64,000 nucleotides of DNA from Thermoplasmatales archaeon (GCA_038728965.1 JAVYSX010000002.1:2122-66121), one strand, 5' to 3'. Positions 1 to 10,018 are shown, numbered from the stretch's first letter. Notes: generated by a model from the letters alone, not told the origin. Translations and numbers: made by a program.

Positions 1-404
1 AAGTCGTTGATTTCACCTTCATAAAACCACCCCGCGTCGGTAGATTCATCGTTCGTCCGGTAGAAATCGGAGTCGCTCAGACCCAGATAAATCATGTCGA
101 AGTGCTCATGTGGCTCATCTGAGTATGGTACTACCTCTTTCATTATGATCAAGGGATTTGGAAGGGTTGAGGCACCGTCTCCAGAGATCTCTTTTTTTGA
201 AGACGAGATTATACGAAAAGATGTAGCTGTCTCTTCTATCGTTTCCCTTATTGCACATTCGAGAGGATTCTCATCAGATCGCATATGGCCACCTGGGTAT
301 ATCCAAACGCCTAATTTTTTATGTTTGATTAGGAGAACCCTGTCTTTAGATTTATTAAAAAGGAGTATTCCTCCCACTATGCACTTCTTCAATGGTGTCA
401 CCAC
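1..404 (-). CDS. NUDIX hydrolase (partial; C-terminus runs off the left window edge)
   Basis: Manual minus-strand translation from a GTG near 404 gives VGGILLFNKSKDRVLLIKHKKLGVWIYPGGHMRSDENPLECAIRETIEETA, a clean Nudix box (GX5EX7REUXEEXGU). It is absent from the ORF track because no stop is reached before position 1. The listed + ORF 94..501 is its antisense shadow. Confidence 0.7.
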   Translation of the reverse strand, partial: MVTPLKKCIVGGILLFNKSKDRVLLIKHKKLGVWIYPGGHMRSDENPLECAIRETIEETATSFRIISSSKKEISGDGASTLPNPLIIMKEVVPYSDEPHEHFDMIYLGLSDSDFYRTNDESTDAGWFYEGEIND

Positions 405-472
405 ATTTGTCTATCTAAGATACCTAAAATACTTTTTCAGACAGAAAAATTATGGTAGCTTCATAACTCATT

Positions 473-1738
473 TCATCCAAACAACGGGGTCTTACCGGTG
501 ACAGCAGGTTTAGGCAGTATAAATGTTAAGATCGATGCCAGAAGGGCCAGTACGAGGAGTATTTCAAATACAATGGGCAGATTAGAGTAATTACCAATTA
601 TTGCAACTCCAACTATCAGAGGACCCAAGGCCTGTCCACCAGAACCCCCGACGTTCCATACCAATGCGTTGCTCGTTGTAGTTAAACTCTGCCTAGGAAC
701 GTAATCCGAAATCATCGACATCAGTATTGGAAAACTGCTGAAGTTAACTAATCCAAATATCCCAAGAAATACATACGAAGTTGTTCCAGACGTGATTATA
801 TATAAATACATGAAAGCTGCAGCAAGTACTGTTGTCATCGCAAGTATACGGCGCTTATCGTAGATTTCTACTAGTCTTCCAAATATCAGCTGACCAGCTA
901 TACCCCCAACATACATAAGGGACATAATCGACCCAAGAGCAAGGCTCGCTTTGAGTCCTTTATCAAATGAAAGGTATTCCGGTATCCATGATATAATACC
1001 GTAGAAAGCCATAGACCTTATCAGTGAGATCGCAGTTAGAAGAATAATACTAAAAGTCAATGTTCCTTTCCAAGAACCAATTTCCTTATTTTGCGTGGCA
1101 TGGCGTATCGAATATCCCCTGAGCCCAATGAAGATGGAGATCGCAGCCAATAATCCAATCGTGCCGAGAATTCCTATGCCTGTTATTTCAGAGGCGAAAA
1201 AAGCTATGAAAGCAAGTAGGAAGTAAGGATAAATCGCCCTCCCAATGCTTCCGAATGACCCATTTATTCCGAGATATCTCCCAAGCTTGTCTCTTCTATA
1301 ATGCGATTGTAAAATAGAGGTACCTGTAGGATGATAAAAGGAAGCGCCAAATCCTGAGATGATCGACGATATTATTATTATAACCGAGGTCATAAAGTCT
1401 GTAAGGGCTAGAATGAACATTAGCAAGCCCAACGACATCGTCAAAATTCCTAATGCCATTCCTGAAGATTGGAGAGCATTTCTATCAATGTAGCCGCCAA
1501 GAATTACTGCACTTACCGCCATAGTAAGATAGAAGAGAGTCAGAGACACAGTTATAACAATAGGTTCGACGTGTTTCACTACAGCCATCAGATCCAAGAC
1601 CACCGGTATCAGAAACATGGTACCGTCATTTATGAAGTGACCTAAAGAAGTAAATGAGATCACCCTTGCATCTCCAGAATTTCTTCTTGAATCACCGAGA
1701 GCGCCATTCACTATAGATTGGTTATTTCTGGTACCCAC
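473..1738 (-). CDS. MFS-type membrane transporter
   Basis: 421 aa and about 12 hydrophobic segments arranged as two 6-TM halves. Shows MFS-like loop motifs (YIDRN..., GRLVEIYDKRR). Confidence 0.7.
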   Translation of the reverse strand: MGTRNNQSIVNGALGDSRRNSGDARVISFTSLGHFINDGTMFLIPVVLDLMAVVKHVEPIVITVSLTLFYLTMAVSAVILGGYIDRNALQSSGMALGILTMSLGLLMFILALTDFMTSVIIIISSIISGFGASFYHPTGTSILQSHYRRDKLGRYLGINGSFGSIGRAIYPYFLLAFIAFFASEITGIGILGTIGLLAAISIFIGLRGYSIRHATQNKEIGSWKGTLTFSIILLTAISLIRSMAFYGIISWIPEYLSFDKGLKASLALGSIMSLMYVGGIAGQLIFGRLVEIYDKRRILAMTTVLAAAFMYLYIITSGTTSYVFLGIFGLVNFSSFPILMSMISDYVPRQSLTTTSNALVWNVGGSGGQALGPLIVGVAIIGNYSNLPIVFEILLVLALLASILTFILPKPAVTGKTPLFG

Positions 1739-2186
1739 TTCAAATCAGCTCCTCTCACTGTATCAAGAGATGCTTAATCTTTATTTTCCTTTGGGCCTAT
1801 GCAGGGTAATACAGGAAGCTTCTCTATAGTTATAAGTCAATGGACAACAACGCTCATTAACATTTGCAAGGCATGGCAGGACTTGCCTCGAAAAATTCGT
1901 TGAACTCAGAAATGTATAGGTAAAGATTTGTTAAAATTTTTAATGTGATCCAGAGTGCAACTGAAGAAATTGTCGTTTAATCTAGATCAATGTAACATTA
2001 GGAAGAGTGTTTTCGGATCCATAGGAATACCTTCCATATATTTGTTAATTAATTGAGTGAATCCGAGAAACCGGGTGACATTTAGCATTTGATCTAATCA
2101 AATGGTTATCTATGGCAAGAGGCAGCATTGCTATACTGACTAGCTCCTAAGAGGATCATTAAAATATAAACATTTGTTACTAAAAT

Positions 2187-3845
2187 ATGAACAGGACGAG
2201 GTTCATTACAACTCTAGGGCCATCTTGCTTCAATGAGACCACCGTTTCAGAGATGGTTAAGTTATCGTCGGTCTCTTTCAGATTGAACACGGCACATATA
2301 GAACCTGGATATATTACTAAAACTAAGAAGCTTCTGAGGAATATCACAATAGATGGGAAGATAAAACCGTCAATAATAGTAGACCTTAAAGGGCCCGAGA
2401 TAAGAGCAAGGTTCAAATCAGCCGGGTATTTCTCTGTTGTCAAAAATAAAACTTACACTCTGGGCTATGATAAATCCCAAGACATCTCTCTTAACATAAG
2501 AGAAGCCATTTCTCAGCTCGAAGAGGGTGATACAATACTCCTGAGTGACGGAAAGGTGAAAATGAAGGTTGTCAGAATAAATGGGGATAAGCTTTTGGTA
2601 AAGGCGTTTAACTCCGGGAAAATAAGGAACAATGCACGTGTAAACATTCCAGACAAGGAACTGAATCTTGGCATGATAACGGAACGGGACGAGATATTCC
2701 TTAAGGAAGGAATAAAGGAGAAGGTTGAGTTCTTTGCACTTTCCTTTGTTCAGTCCGTTAAAAATGTTGCGGAATTTCGAGAAAAGGTAGAGGAGTATGG
2801 AGGAGATCAGTTTGTTATATCTAAAATAGAAACAAGGACAGGTCTAAGAAATGCAGATGGTATCTGTAGGGCATCTGACATGATAATGGTTGCTAGGGGG
2901 GATCTTGGAGTGGAGCTTCCCTGGCAGGAAATATCAATAGTTCAGAAGGAGCTCATACACAAAGCGCACTCGTATGGGATTCCTTCAATAGTCGCGACTC
3001 AGATCCTGGAATCAATGGTAGAGAATGAAATGCCAACTCGGGCCGAGATCAACGATATAAGCAACGCGATCCTTGATGGTGCTGATATACTCATGCTTTC
3101 AGAAGAGACTGCAGTCGGTAAGCATCCCTTGCAGGCAGTGAGAGTCCTGAACTCAGTAACGAGGTATGTCGAATCAAAGCTTTCCGATTATCCGGAGCCA
3201 GGAGAATTTCAGGGAAACAGAATAGCCTATGCCGTCGCAAAATCCGCCAAGATTCTTTCATCTGATATCAGGAAAGACATAGTGGCATTAACAAGGTCAG
3301 GAAGTACAGTTAAAATGCTTTCTGCTCTCCGCCCATTCGGGAAGATTTATGTCCTATCAGATAACGCTGATCTACTCAGGAAACTTTACCTTTATAACAA
3401 TGTCTACCCCTTGGATCTCAAGATTAAGGGGAGATGCATAGGGGAGATAACTAACGAGATTATTGGATCAGGTATCTTTCCTAAGGGAACTATGTTTGTA
3501 TTGACTTCAGGAGAACCATATTTCCCGTTTGGAGGCACCAATGATGTTAGATGCATCGTAGTGGGTGATTTCATAGGCAGGGGTTTTGCTTTTGGGCCTT
3601 TCTGCGCAGGGAAGGCAACATATGGTCGTGACAAGAAAGGTGACATATTCATATCCTCAAAACCAGATGACGGTATTCCTCAACAGTCAAAGGGCGTCCT
3701 GTTTACTTACAGGCCTCCACTTTACAAAGTGGACTTATTAGTGAGGGATGGTAAAACAGTTGTATCTTCAGTGATCTTCAGGAGGTCTCCGAACGAGGGC
3801 GAATTTTTAAATATCGATCCCCACACAGGAATAATATACGCGTAG
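2187..3845 (+). CDS. pyk: pyruvate kinase with C-terminal extra domain
   Basis: Motifs RLNTAHIEPG, VDLKGPEIR, ISKIETRTGL, MVARGDLGVELP, ATQILESM and MLSEETAVGKHP. At 552 aa it is about 80-100 aa longer than a minimal pyruvate kinase. Confidence 0.9.
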   Translation: MNRTRFITTLGPSCFNETTVSEMVKLSSVSFRLNTAHIEPGYITKTKKLLRNITIDGKIKPSIIVDLKGPEIRARFKSAGYFSVVKNKTYTLGYDKSQDISLNIREAISQLEEGDTILLSDGKVKMKVVRINGDKLLVKAFNSGKIRNNARVNIPDKELNLGMITERDEIFLKEGIKEKVEFFALSFVQSVKNVAEFREKVEEYGGDQFVISKIETRTGLRNADGICRASDMIMVARGDLGVELPWQEISIVQKELIHKAHSYGIPSIVATQILESMVENEMPTRAEINDISNAILDGADILMLSEETAVGKHPLQAVRVLNSVTRYVESKLSDYPEPGEFQGNRIAYAVAKSAKILSSDIRKDIVALTRSGSTVKMLSALRPFGKIYVLSDNADLLRKLYLYNNVYPLDLKIKGRCIGEITNEIIGSGIFPKGTMFVLTSGEPYFPFGGTNDVRCIVVGDFIGRGFAFGPFCAGKATYGRDKKGDIFISSKPDDGIPQQSKGVLFTYRPPLYKVDLLVRDGKTVVSSVIFRRSPNEGEFLNIDPHTGIIYA

Positions 3846-4483
3846 CAAGAATCACAGGCTTCATTACCTTAATATATACGAGAGCTTCTTATGAATATGA
3901 AGAGCTTGAATCGTGATCCATTTACGCGTGAAAGCACTCTCACCCGTTTTTAAAGTTATCCCGTTGAAACTAAGATGTCAGTTATGTTAGTTTCAAAGGA
4001 ATTAATACAGTAGCGTCTTTTTCCGAGCACAAGAAAAGGTTGAAATGATTTAAAACGGGAAAGCTGTTGCCTATAGTTGTTTTGAGTCATAAATGTAGTT
4101 ACTTGATTTTCTGTAAATCACATTTGTGCAGGGGCAGATTTGAAAAGGAAGTTGTCTTTTATATTTTCCTATTTTTGCACGGAATCTAAAAGGATTCTTG
4201 ACCAACATCGCGGCATACCCACATTCATAATGAAGGAATGAATGATTTAAAGTTAGTAAAGGATCCAAGAAAGACATATTTTGCAGCCATAAGAATTTGA
4301 AAGCCAGATTAAGGGATTATTCTAGCCCGTTAAAATAATAATAACGACCAGATTGATAAAACTCCTAAACCTTAGCGACAGCAGATAACAAACCTATGAA
4401 ATTCCTCCTAAGGCGATATCATTGGCTATATCCCCTCAAATCCAAGATATAATTAAATACCAGGCAGAATTAACGTCTAGTCT

Positions 4484-4870
4484 TTGGAGCTGAAAAAAGT
4501 GGTTAATGAATCGCCCAGTATTATAGTGGTCACTACCAACTACATTCCCGGAAAGAAAATAACGAAGCTGATAGGTACAATAATGGGAGTTACTGTGAGG
4601 AGCCGAGGTATAGGTGGAAACCTGGTTGCAGGTCTTAGATCTATAGCGGGTGGGGAAATAAAGGAATATGTAAAAATGCTAACGGATGCAAGGAACGAAG
4701 CAATGGAAAGACTGAAGCAGGCGGCGTCGGCCGTTGGGGCCAATGCAGTAATTGACCTGAGGTTCGATTCTTCGGAACTTGGACAGACAATGAGCGAAAT
4801 TGTTGCCTATGGAACTGCCGTTTTCGTTGAGGATGCAAACGAAAATATCCAGAGAGTTTCCCTCTCCTAG
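4484..4870 (+). CDS. YbjQ/UPF0145 family protein
   Basis: 128 aa with TTNYIPGKKI..GTIMGVTVRSRGIGGNLVAGLRSIAGGEIKEY...AR.EA..RL...A...GANAVIDLRFD, the typical YbjQ_1 layout. Start is TTG/GTG. Confidence 0.7.
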   Translation: MELKKVVNESPSIIVVTTNYIPGKKITKLIGTIMGVTVRSRGIGGNLVAGLRSIAGGEIKEYVKMLTDARNEAMERLKQAASAVGANAVIDLRFDSSELGQTMSEIVAYGTAVFVEDANENIQRVSLS

Positions 4871-4887
4871 ACTCGAGGAGACAAACA

Positions 4888-5547
4888 ATGAAGGGTATCC
4901 CTACGGCTATTTTGATAGGTATCGCCTTCATGATAATAGCCTTAATAATAGAATCCGCTATCGAAAGCATACCGGCCTTGCTAGAAATCTTGAAATATGG
5001 GACCAAGGATTACGTCACTAAACTGGCCTCATTCGAACTTTTAAACCCGGTTGTGTATTCGGTCTTCATAGGTCTTGCAGCTGGTGTATCGCAGGAAACC
5101 ATGAAATACATCGCTGTTGATACCAGGGGAAAAGAGCTAGCGTTCTGGATAGGCTTGGGATTTGCCATTGTGGACATCGTATTTTTAATGAGTGAGGAAC
5201 TTCTATCGGGAAGCCTCTATAGGTTGACCGCAAAGCTAATCATACTGACATCACTGAACATCGTTTTTTCATTACTATTCCATCCAGGGACCGCTGAGTT
5301 CCTAAAAGCTGGAAGAATAATAGGAAAGGGCATTTACTATCTTGCCGAAACGTTCTTGATTCACGGTCTAGTTGACGGAGGTCTCGTTTATGCTGACATA
5401 GAGGCCATATTGCATCCCCATGAGACCCTTATAATCATACTGTACTGGGCTTTAGCGTTTCCCGTATCCATCGCAATGATTATTGTTGGCAGTTATTATC
5501 TCTCTAAAAGCAAGGAAGTTAAATCAGTCGATGCAACAGTCTTCTGA
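4888..5547 (+). CDS. integral membrane protein (possibly a YhfC/CPBP-like intramembrane protease; weak)
   Basis: 219 aa with about 6-7 TM segments and conserved-looking E..K and E...H..D positions inside the TM segments. Lies 17 nt downstream of the YbjQ gene. Confidence 0.45.
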   Translation: MKGIPTAILIGIAFMIIALIIESAIESIPALLEILKYGTKDYVTKLASFELLNPVVYSVFIGLAAGVSQETMKYIAVDTRGKELAFWIGLGFAIVDIVFLMSEELLSGSLYRLTAKLIILTSLNIVFSLLFHPGTAEFLKAGRIIGKGIYYLAETFLIHGLVDGGLVYADIEAILHPHETLIIILYWALAFPVSIAMIIVGSYYLSKSKEVKSVDATVF

Positions 5548-5615
5548 AAAATTAGCGCGTCCAGCTAGGAGAACGGTATATTGGTTTAAAATGAAAACTG
5601 ACAATGATAGATTTG

Positions 5616-6761
5616 TCAGTATTTCTCCCTTTCACTTCTGAATCTGAAGAATATTAAGAGGTCATACAAAATCTTAATGATCCCCCCACTGATGAAGGAA
5701 GCAGACCCCGCACCGATCGAAATAAGATAGGAAGATATATACGGTGTTGCACCATTAGACAGATTTCTGGAGGCGTTGGACGTTCCTGTAACGTAGCTCC
5801 TGTCTTCTTTGTCAACGACGCTGTTGAGGTAGGACTGCCTCGTGGGCACATCCATCTGACTTAGGCTCTGCCTGAGAAACAGAAATATCAGGGATGCGTA
5901 GAGATTTGGAACGATTGATATTAAGGCTAAAAAGACGTTAGATGGGATGTGGGTGAAAACCATTGTATTAATTAGGCCTATTCTAGAAGATATTAATGGA
6001 GTAAAGAGGACGCTTAACGCAGTAATTATATCTACAATAGTGAACACGTACCCAAGCTCGCCAATATTGAAACCGTATCTCACTTTGAACCAGTACGCCA
6101 TGAGACTTTGAAGGACGAAACCGCCCCCTATTGCGTCAATCGAAAACAGAACGCTAACGTCCCTGGCGATTACCCTGCTCTTACGGGAAACGGGGGCGGA
6201 GAATATTTTCCCCTTCCCCTCTATATGTGGAAGGAAGGCGTATGAAACCAGAATGAATAACGCAAGAATGATTGAAATTATGACCACGTTGTTGATGCCG
6301 AGTCGAAGGGTAATTGCTCCAAATGACGATGCAAGATACCCCGAGAAAGAATATGCTGAGAACAACCTATTTCTAGAATTCTGATCTTCCTTAATTCTGG
6401 ATATTATTGGTTGCTCAAACGATGAGAAAAGGGTGTTGTCCGAGGGGTTGACCCCCAGTGAACCTATTATAACGGACAGCGCCTTAATGAAAGGATTTGA
6501 AGACAGGTAAATTCCCGCGAGGCCAAGAATTAGAAGAGCTGAAAATATCGTAAGGAATAACTTAGAATAGCCAGCGCCATAACGGGTGGATATGTAAAAA
6601 GTTAGAAGAGAGCTTGTAGCTATGGACCCGGTGACGACGAGGCCTGCAATTATCGGGTTTATTCCACTGTCTATAAGAAGTATCAGTGTTATGACTGAGA
6701 AGGCCCCGTAAATATAACCCCGAAACGCTCGCGTAAAGAATAGAACATACCTAGAATCCAT
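5616..6761 (-). CDS. MFS-type membrane transporter
   Basis: 381 aa and very hydrophobic, with 10-12 predicted TM segments and a central charged loop. Confidence 0.6.
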   Translation of the reverse strand: MDSRYVLFFTRAFRGYIYGAFSVITLILLIDSGINPIIAGLVVTGSIATSSLLTFYISTRYGAGYSKLFLTIFSALLILGLAGIYLSSNPFIKALSVIIGSLGVNPSDNTLFSSFEQPIISRIKEDQNSRNRLFSAYSFSGYLASSFGAITLRLGINNVVIISIILALFILVSYAFLPHIEGKGKIFSAPVSRKSRVIARDVSVLFSIDAIGGGFVLQSLMAYWFKVRYGFNIGELGYVFTIVDIITALSVLFTPLISSRIGLINTMVFTHIPSNVFLALISIVPNLYASLIFLFLRQSLSQMDVPTRQSYLNSVVDKEDRSYVTGTSNASRNLSNGATPYISSYLISIGAGSASFISGGIIKILYDLLIFFRFRSEREKY

Positions 6762-6911
6762 GATTCTAGGCCGATAAATTGCCTACGACTTATAGTTATT
6801 TCTATCCATTAATCTTATTCGCAGGTATTTGAATTTATGGGAAGCATGAAAATATTATTTGATCAACAACGATGAAAATGAAGTAACTTGATTATACTAA
6901 GAATTCTGATC

Positions 6912-7907
6912 TTACTTGTTTTCGCCCCCGATGTTTGCGATTGGCATCTCCCTTGGAACAGAGCCCCTCCTCCGTACGGCAAGCGCATATAGAAAGATCA
7001 TGACTGCCAGTACGATACTTCCCAGAGCTGTTATTGGAAAGAAGGATTCTGCGACCGGGCCCGTGTTAGTTATTGAATCAACCTTAATCGCGCCACCCAG
7101 TATGGTGGGGTATGCCATGAAATTTAAGAGAAAGGATGCGATGGAAACTAGAGCAATAAAAACTGCCTTGTTTGTTACAACCTTTCTCGTTGAAGGTAAG
7201 TAGTAGAGGAATGATAAAAGAACTGCAAGTATGTCCGGTATCACGACATAGGGAGTTAGATGCCAGTTTTTGAACATCTCAAATGATATCGTTGAAACAA
7301 TAACTCCAGTAATTACCAAGATTACAGACGCATTCTTCAGGGATAAGTCGTTATAAAATATTGGAGCCAACCCGATAACTAGAAGAATGGCGCCTACTAT
7401 GAAGACAATGCCGTCGGGGTGCATAATCCACGAATATGCACTGAACGTGAGATTGGAAAGATTTATCCCATTCCCACTAATAATGACTGAAAGAACGACC
7501 AGAACCACGGTACTCATAAGGACCGATGCGATCGCGTATCCCTTGTACAGTTTTTTCTCATCGAGCCATTTCTTTTTTGTAATGAATTCTGCAAAGGATA
7601 TAGCCGTATTTCTTGCTACAAACAATATCAGAAACAGCACTATCGGGAACGAGAAGATCAAAGCTACGGGTACAAGAATGGAAGGGTAAGCCAGATCACT
7701 GGCAACAACCCAGAAAGCAGCGAATGTTCCAGTGACCTCCCATACTGGCACGACGTACGAAAGCACTGCGGCTTTATACCTGTCGTACGCTATCAAAAGA
7801 AGAACAGATCCCATTAGTTCCGTTATCACCAGAGTTACGAACACTGAGAATATTGCAAAGTCTGTGTAGAATATTAGATTAATGTCGACCACCTCCCGCG
7901 CTTGCAA
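6912..7907 (-). CDS. cydB: cytochrome bd ubiquinol oxidase subunit II (divergent)
   Basis: 331 aa polytopic protein that overlaps the cydA stop by 29 nt. VPVWEVTGTFAAFWVV and ARNTAISFAEF resemble the CydB P.WdgNEVWL and RgvafEFR motifs. Confidence 0.7.
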   Translation of the reverse strand: MQAREVVDINLIFYTDFAIFSVFVTLVITELMGSVLLLIAYDRYKAAVLSYVVPVWEVTGTFAAFWVVASDLAYPSILVPVALIFSFPIVLFLILFVARNTAISFAEFITKKKWLDEKKLYKGYAIASVLMSTVVLVVLSVIISGNGINLSNLTFSAYSWIMHPDGIVFIVGAILLVIGLAPIFYNDLSLKNASVILVITGVIVSTISFEMFKNWHLTPYVVIPDILAVLLSFLYYLPSTRKVVTNKAVFIALVSIASFLLNFMAYPTILGGAIKVDSITNTGPVAESFFPITALGSIVLAVMIFLYALAVRRRGSVPREMPIANIGGENK

Positions 7908-9249
7908 TTGAATTTACCTCATTCTTTCGATCTTTTACTGGAGAGGAGTTGAAAATTCTATCGAAGAAGTAGAATGTTGATGGAATTACCACTAAGTAAA
8001 AAGCAATTATGAAATATCCCGGAATCAGAAGACCTGAAGAATTGCTCGCAGCCTGAGACACTGTCATTACGTTATATATGATCCACGGCTGCCTGCCTGC
8101 CTCATCTGTTACCCATCCTAACTCATAGACTATAAATGCAAAAATTCCAGCTATGATCTGAACGTAAAGGATGCCCTTATACTTCATCACGTCTCTCTTA
8201 AGTATCCATATGAGAAATGAAATGAAGAGAAAAAGTCCGAGAATAAGCCCTCCTACCACCATTATGTCGAATGTCGTATGGATCACAAGAGGCGGCCATT
8301 CAGAAGAAGGGAACTGTGTCAGGCCAGGTAGACTTTTTATTCCCGTCTCAAGTGTTGCGAGGAATGACTGAAGTCCTGGTATCGTAATAGCACCAACGAC
8401 GTGCCCATTTACTATGGTCCCGAAGATCTTTTCTGGCAGGTTTGTCCCCGGGTAATAATTTAGGTCTGCTGCCGCATACTTAAGAGGTTGTAGCTTGAGT
8501 ATTGTGGTCATTTCATTAGACCCGGTAATTCCTGCCAGGACTATAGTCACTATGGAAACTATACTTGTCATTCTTACCATAATCGCGTAGAGATTTTTCA
8601 TGGCTGTATCTTTAACCCTTATATATTTATATGAAAAATATGCACCTAGAACCATGGCACCTGCGAAAACTGTCGTTGCTAGGACGTGAGCTACCTCCGA
8701 AAATGTTGACGAGGTGATAAAAGGTGCAAACGCATTGACTCCAGTAACTTTGCCTGTAGTTAGGAATGCTGCTAAATTAAATCCGTTCGGCGAATTCATC
8801 CAGGCGTTGACCATCGTTATAAATACCGCCGATAACAGGGTGCCAAAGAGAATTGTGAAAGATAGCGTGATGTTCGTGTATCTCCATTTGTAAACGTCGT
8901 CAAAGTAAATGTATACTACAAGGGCTATAGTTTCTAGAAAGAATGCGAAGATCTCAGCGTAGAATAGATTTATGGCGCCGGTTTCTGAAACGACGGTCAT
9001 GAATTTTGGGAACAGTGCAACTAACTCAACGGCAAGCACTATTCCGCTAGCAGTGCCGATTCCGAACGATATGACAAATATCTTTCTCAACCTGACTATG
9101 AGGTCATGATATTCTGGGTTTTTCTTGAAAAAGTGGAGAATTTCCGCCGAGAAAATCATTAGTATGATTGAAATGCTCATTGAGACTAATATAATATGAG
9201 AGCCTATCGTAAACGCGAATAGGAATCTATCGAACGTTGCCAACGACAT
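7879..9249 (-). CDS. cydA: cytochrome bd ubiquinol oxidase subunit I
   Basis: 456 aa. N-terminus FDRFLFAFTIGSHIILVS, a Q-loop region, and the C-terminal GWVTDEAGRQPWIIY (the GRQPW signature of CydA). Confidence 0.85.
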   Translation of the reverse strand: MSLATFDRFLFAFTIGSHIILVSMSISIILMIFSAEILHFFKKNPEYHDLIVRLRKIFVISFGIGTASGIVLAVELVALFPKFMTVVSETGAINLFYAEIFAFFLETIALVVYIYFDDVYKWRYTNITLSFTILFGTLLSAVFITMVNAWMNSPNGFNLAAFLTTGKVTGVNAFAPFITSSTFSEVAHVLATTVFAGAMVLGAYFSYKYIRVKDTAMKNLYAIMVRMTSIVSIVTIVLAGITGSNEMTTILKLQPLKYAAADLNYYPGTNLPEKIFGTIVNGHVVGAITIPGLQSFLATLETGIKSLPGLTQFPSSEWPPLVIHTTFDIMVVGGLILGLFLFISFLIWILKRDVMKYKGILYVQIIAGIFAFIVYELGWVTDEAGRQPWIIYNVMTVSQAASNSSGLLIPGYFIIAFYLVVIPSTFYFFDRIFNSSPVKDRKNEVNSIASAGGGRH

Positions 9250-9907
9250 CTCTTTCCTTCACCTCCTTCGAACTAAAGAGATAACGAAAATCTACGAAAC
9301 CAAACCAGAGAAGGAGGATTCCTACAAATTCAGCTATGTACAGGAATGACGGGAAGGATGCTATGTAGAGCGTGCCTGCAATGCTGACAACTATAACCCC
9401 TGCTACTATGCTCATTAATTTCCAGCTTTTTGATCTGGCATAAGATAGCAGTGATACTATTATCAATATGGCGGCAGCTGGGAATGTAACAAGTGAGGAG
9501 GACACAACAACTAGCATCGGGAGGGGCCCGAACACAACGCCCCCCGATATTATATCTCCAGTGTGCGTAAGCAAAAGAGCTACTATTAGGAAGGAAGCTG
9601 TAAACGCAAAATACAGGACGTAAGAGAGAAAAAGTATCTTCCTAGACAGAAGAGACATCGACCCAAGAGCCAGAAACCCTACCAGCACGGCAACGATCAG
9701 GGTATAAACGTCAATCAATACCTCGTTGAAAACACCTACAGAAAATGCTACCTCAAGAGCAACACCCATTGAAAAAAACCACATTCCGACCGACCAGAAC
9801 AGGTAACTCAGCCCACCTTTATTCAAAAAATTCTGTGACAGCAGGGTTGCAAGAAAAATACTCAAAACAAGGATCGTTGATGTCGATAGAATAACTTCTA
9901 GGTTCAT
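9227..9907 (-). CDS. polytopic membrane protein, first gene of the cyd operon (function unknown)
   Basis: 226 aa with about 7 TM segments. Its stop overlaps the cydA start by 23 nt. A TATA-like AATAATAAAATAT lies about 25 nt upstream of the ATG, suggesting a leaderless transcript. Confidence 0.5.
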   Translation of the reverse strand: MNLEVILSTSTILVLSIFLATLLSQNFLNKGGLSYLFWSVGMWFFSMGVALEVAFSVGVFNEVLIDVYTLIVAVLVGFLALGSMSLLSRKILFLSYVLYFAFTASFLIVALLLTHTGDIISGGVVFGPLPMLVVVSSSLVTFPAAAILIIVSLLSYARSKSWKLMSIVAGVIVVSIAGTLYIASFPSFLYIAEFVGILLLWFGFVDFRYLFSSKEVKERDVVGNVR

Positions 9908-9966
9908 TACATGTACCCCCCATATTTTATTATTTCTGAAAAACTAAATGATACTATATTAGATAT

Positions 9967-10016
9967 CGTGCATGTAAATGCGCATATGTGCGCATCTATG
10001 CGCACACATACACACC
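9967..10016. promoter_or_regulatory. alternating purine-pyrimidine tract with three TGCGCA palindromes at exact 10-bp spacing, upstream of the cyd operon
   Basis: TGCGCA occurs at 9979-9984, 9989-9994 and 9999-10004. The flanking sequence cgtgcatgta / atgcgcatatgtgcgcat / tatgcgcacacatacacac is almost perfectly RY-alternating. Confidence 0.4.
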
Positions 10017-10018
10017 CT

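Noticed and set aside
94-501. 135-aa + strand ORF at the left edge
   Set aside because: The opposite strand encodes a clean Nudix box, so this ORF is an antisense shadow. Its sequence has no recognisable motif.
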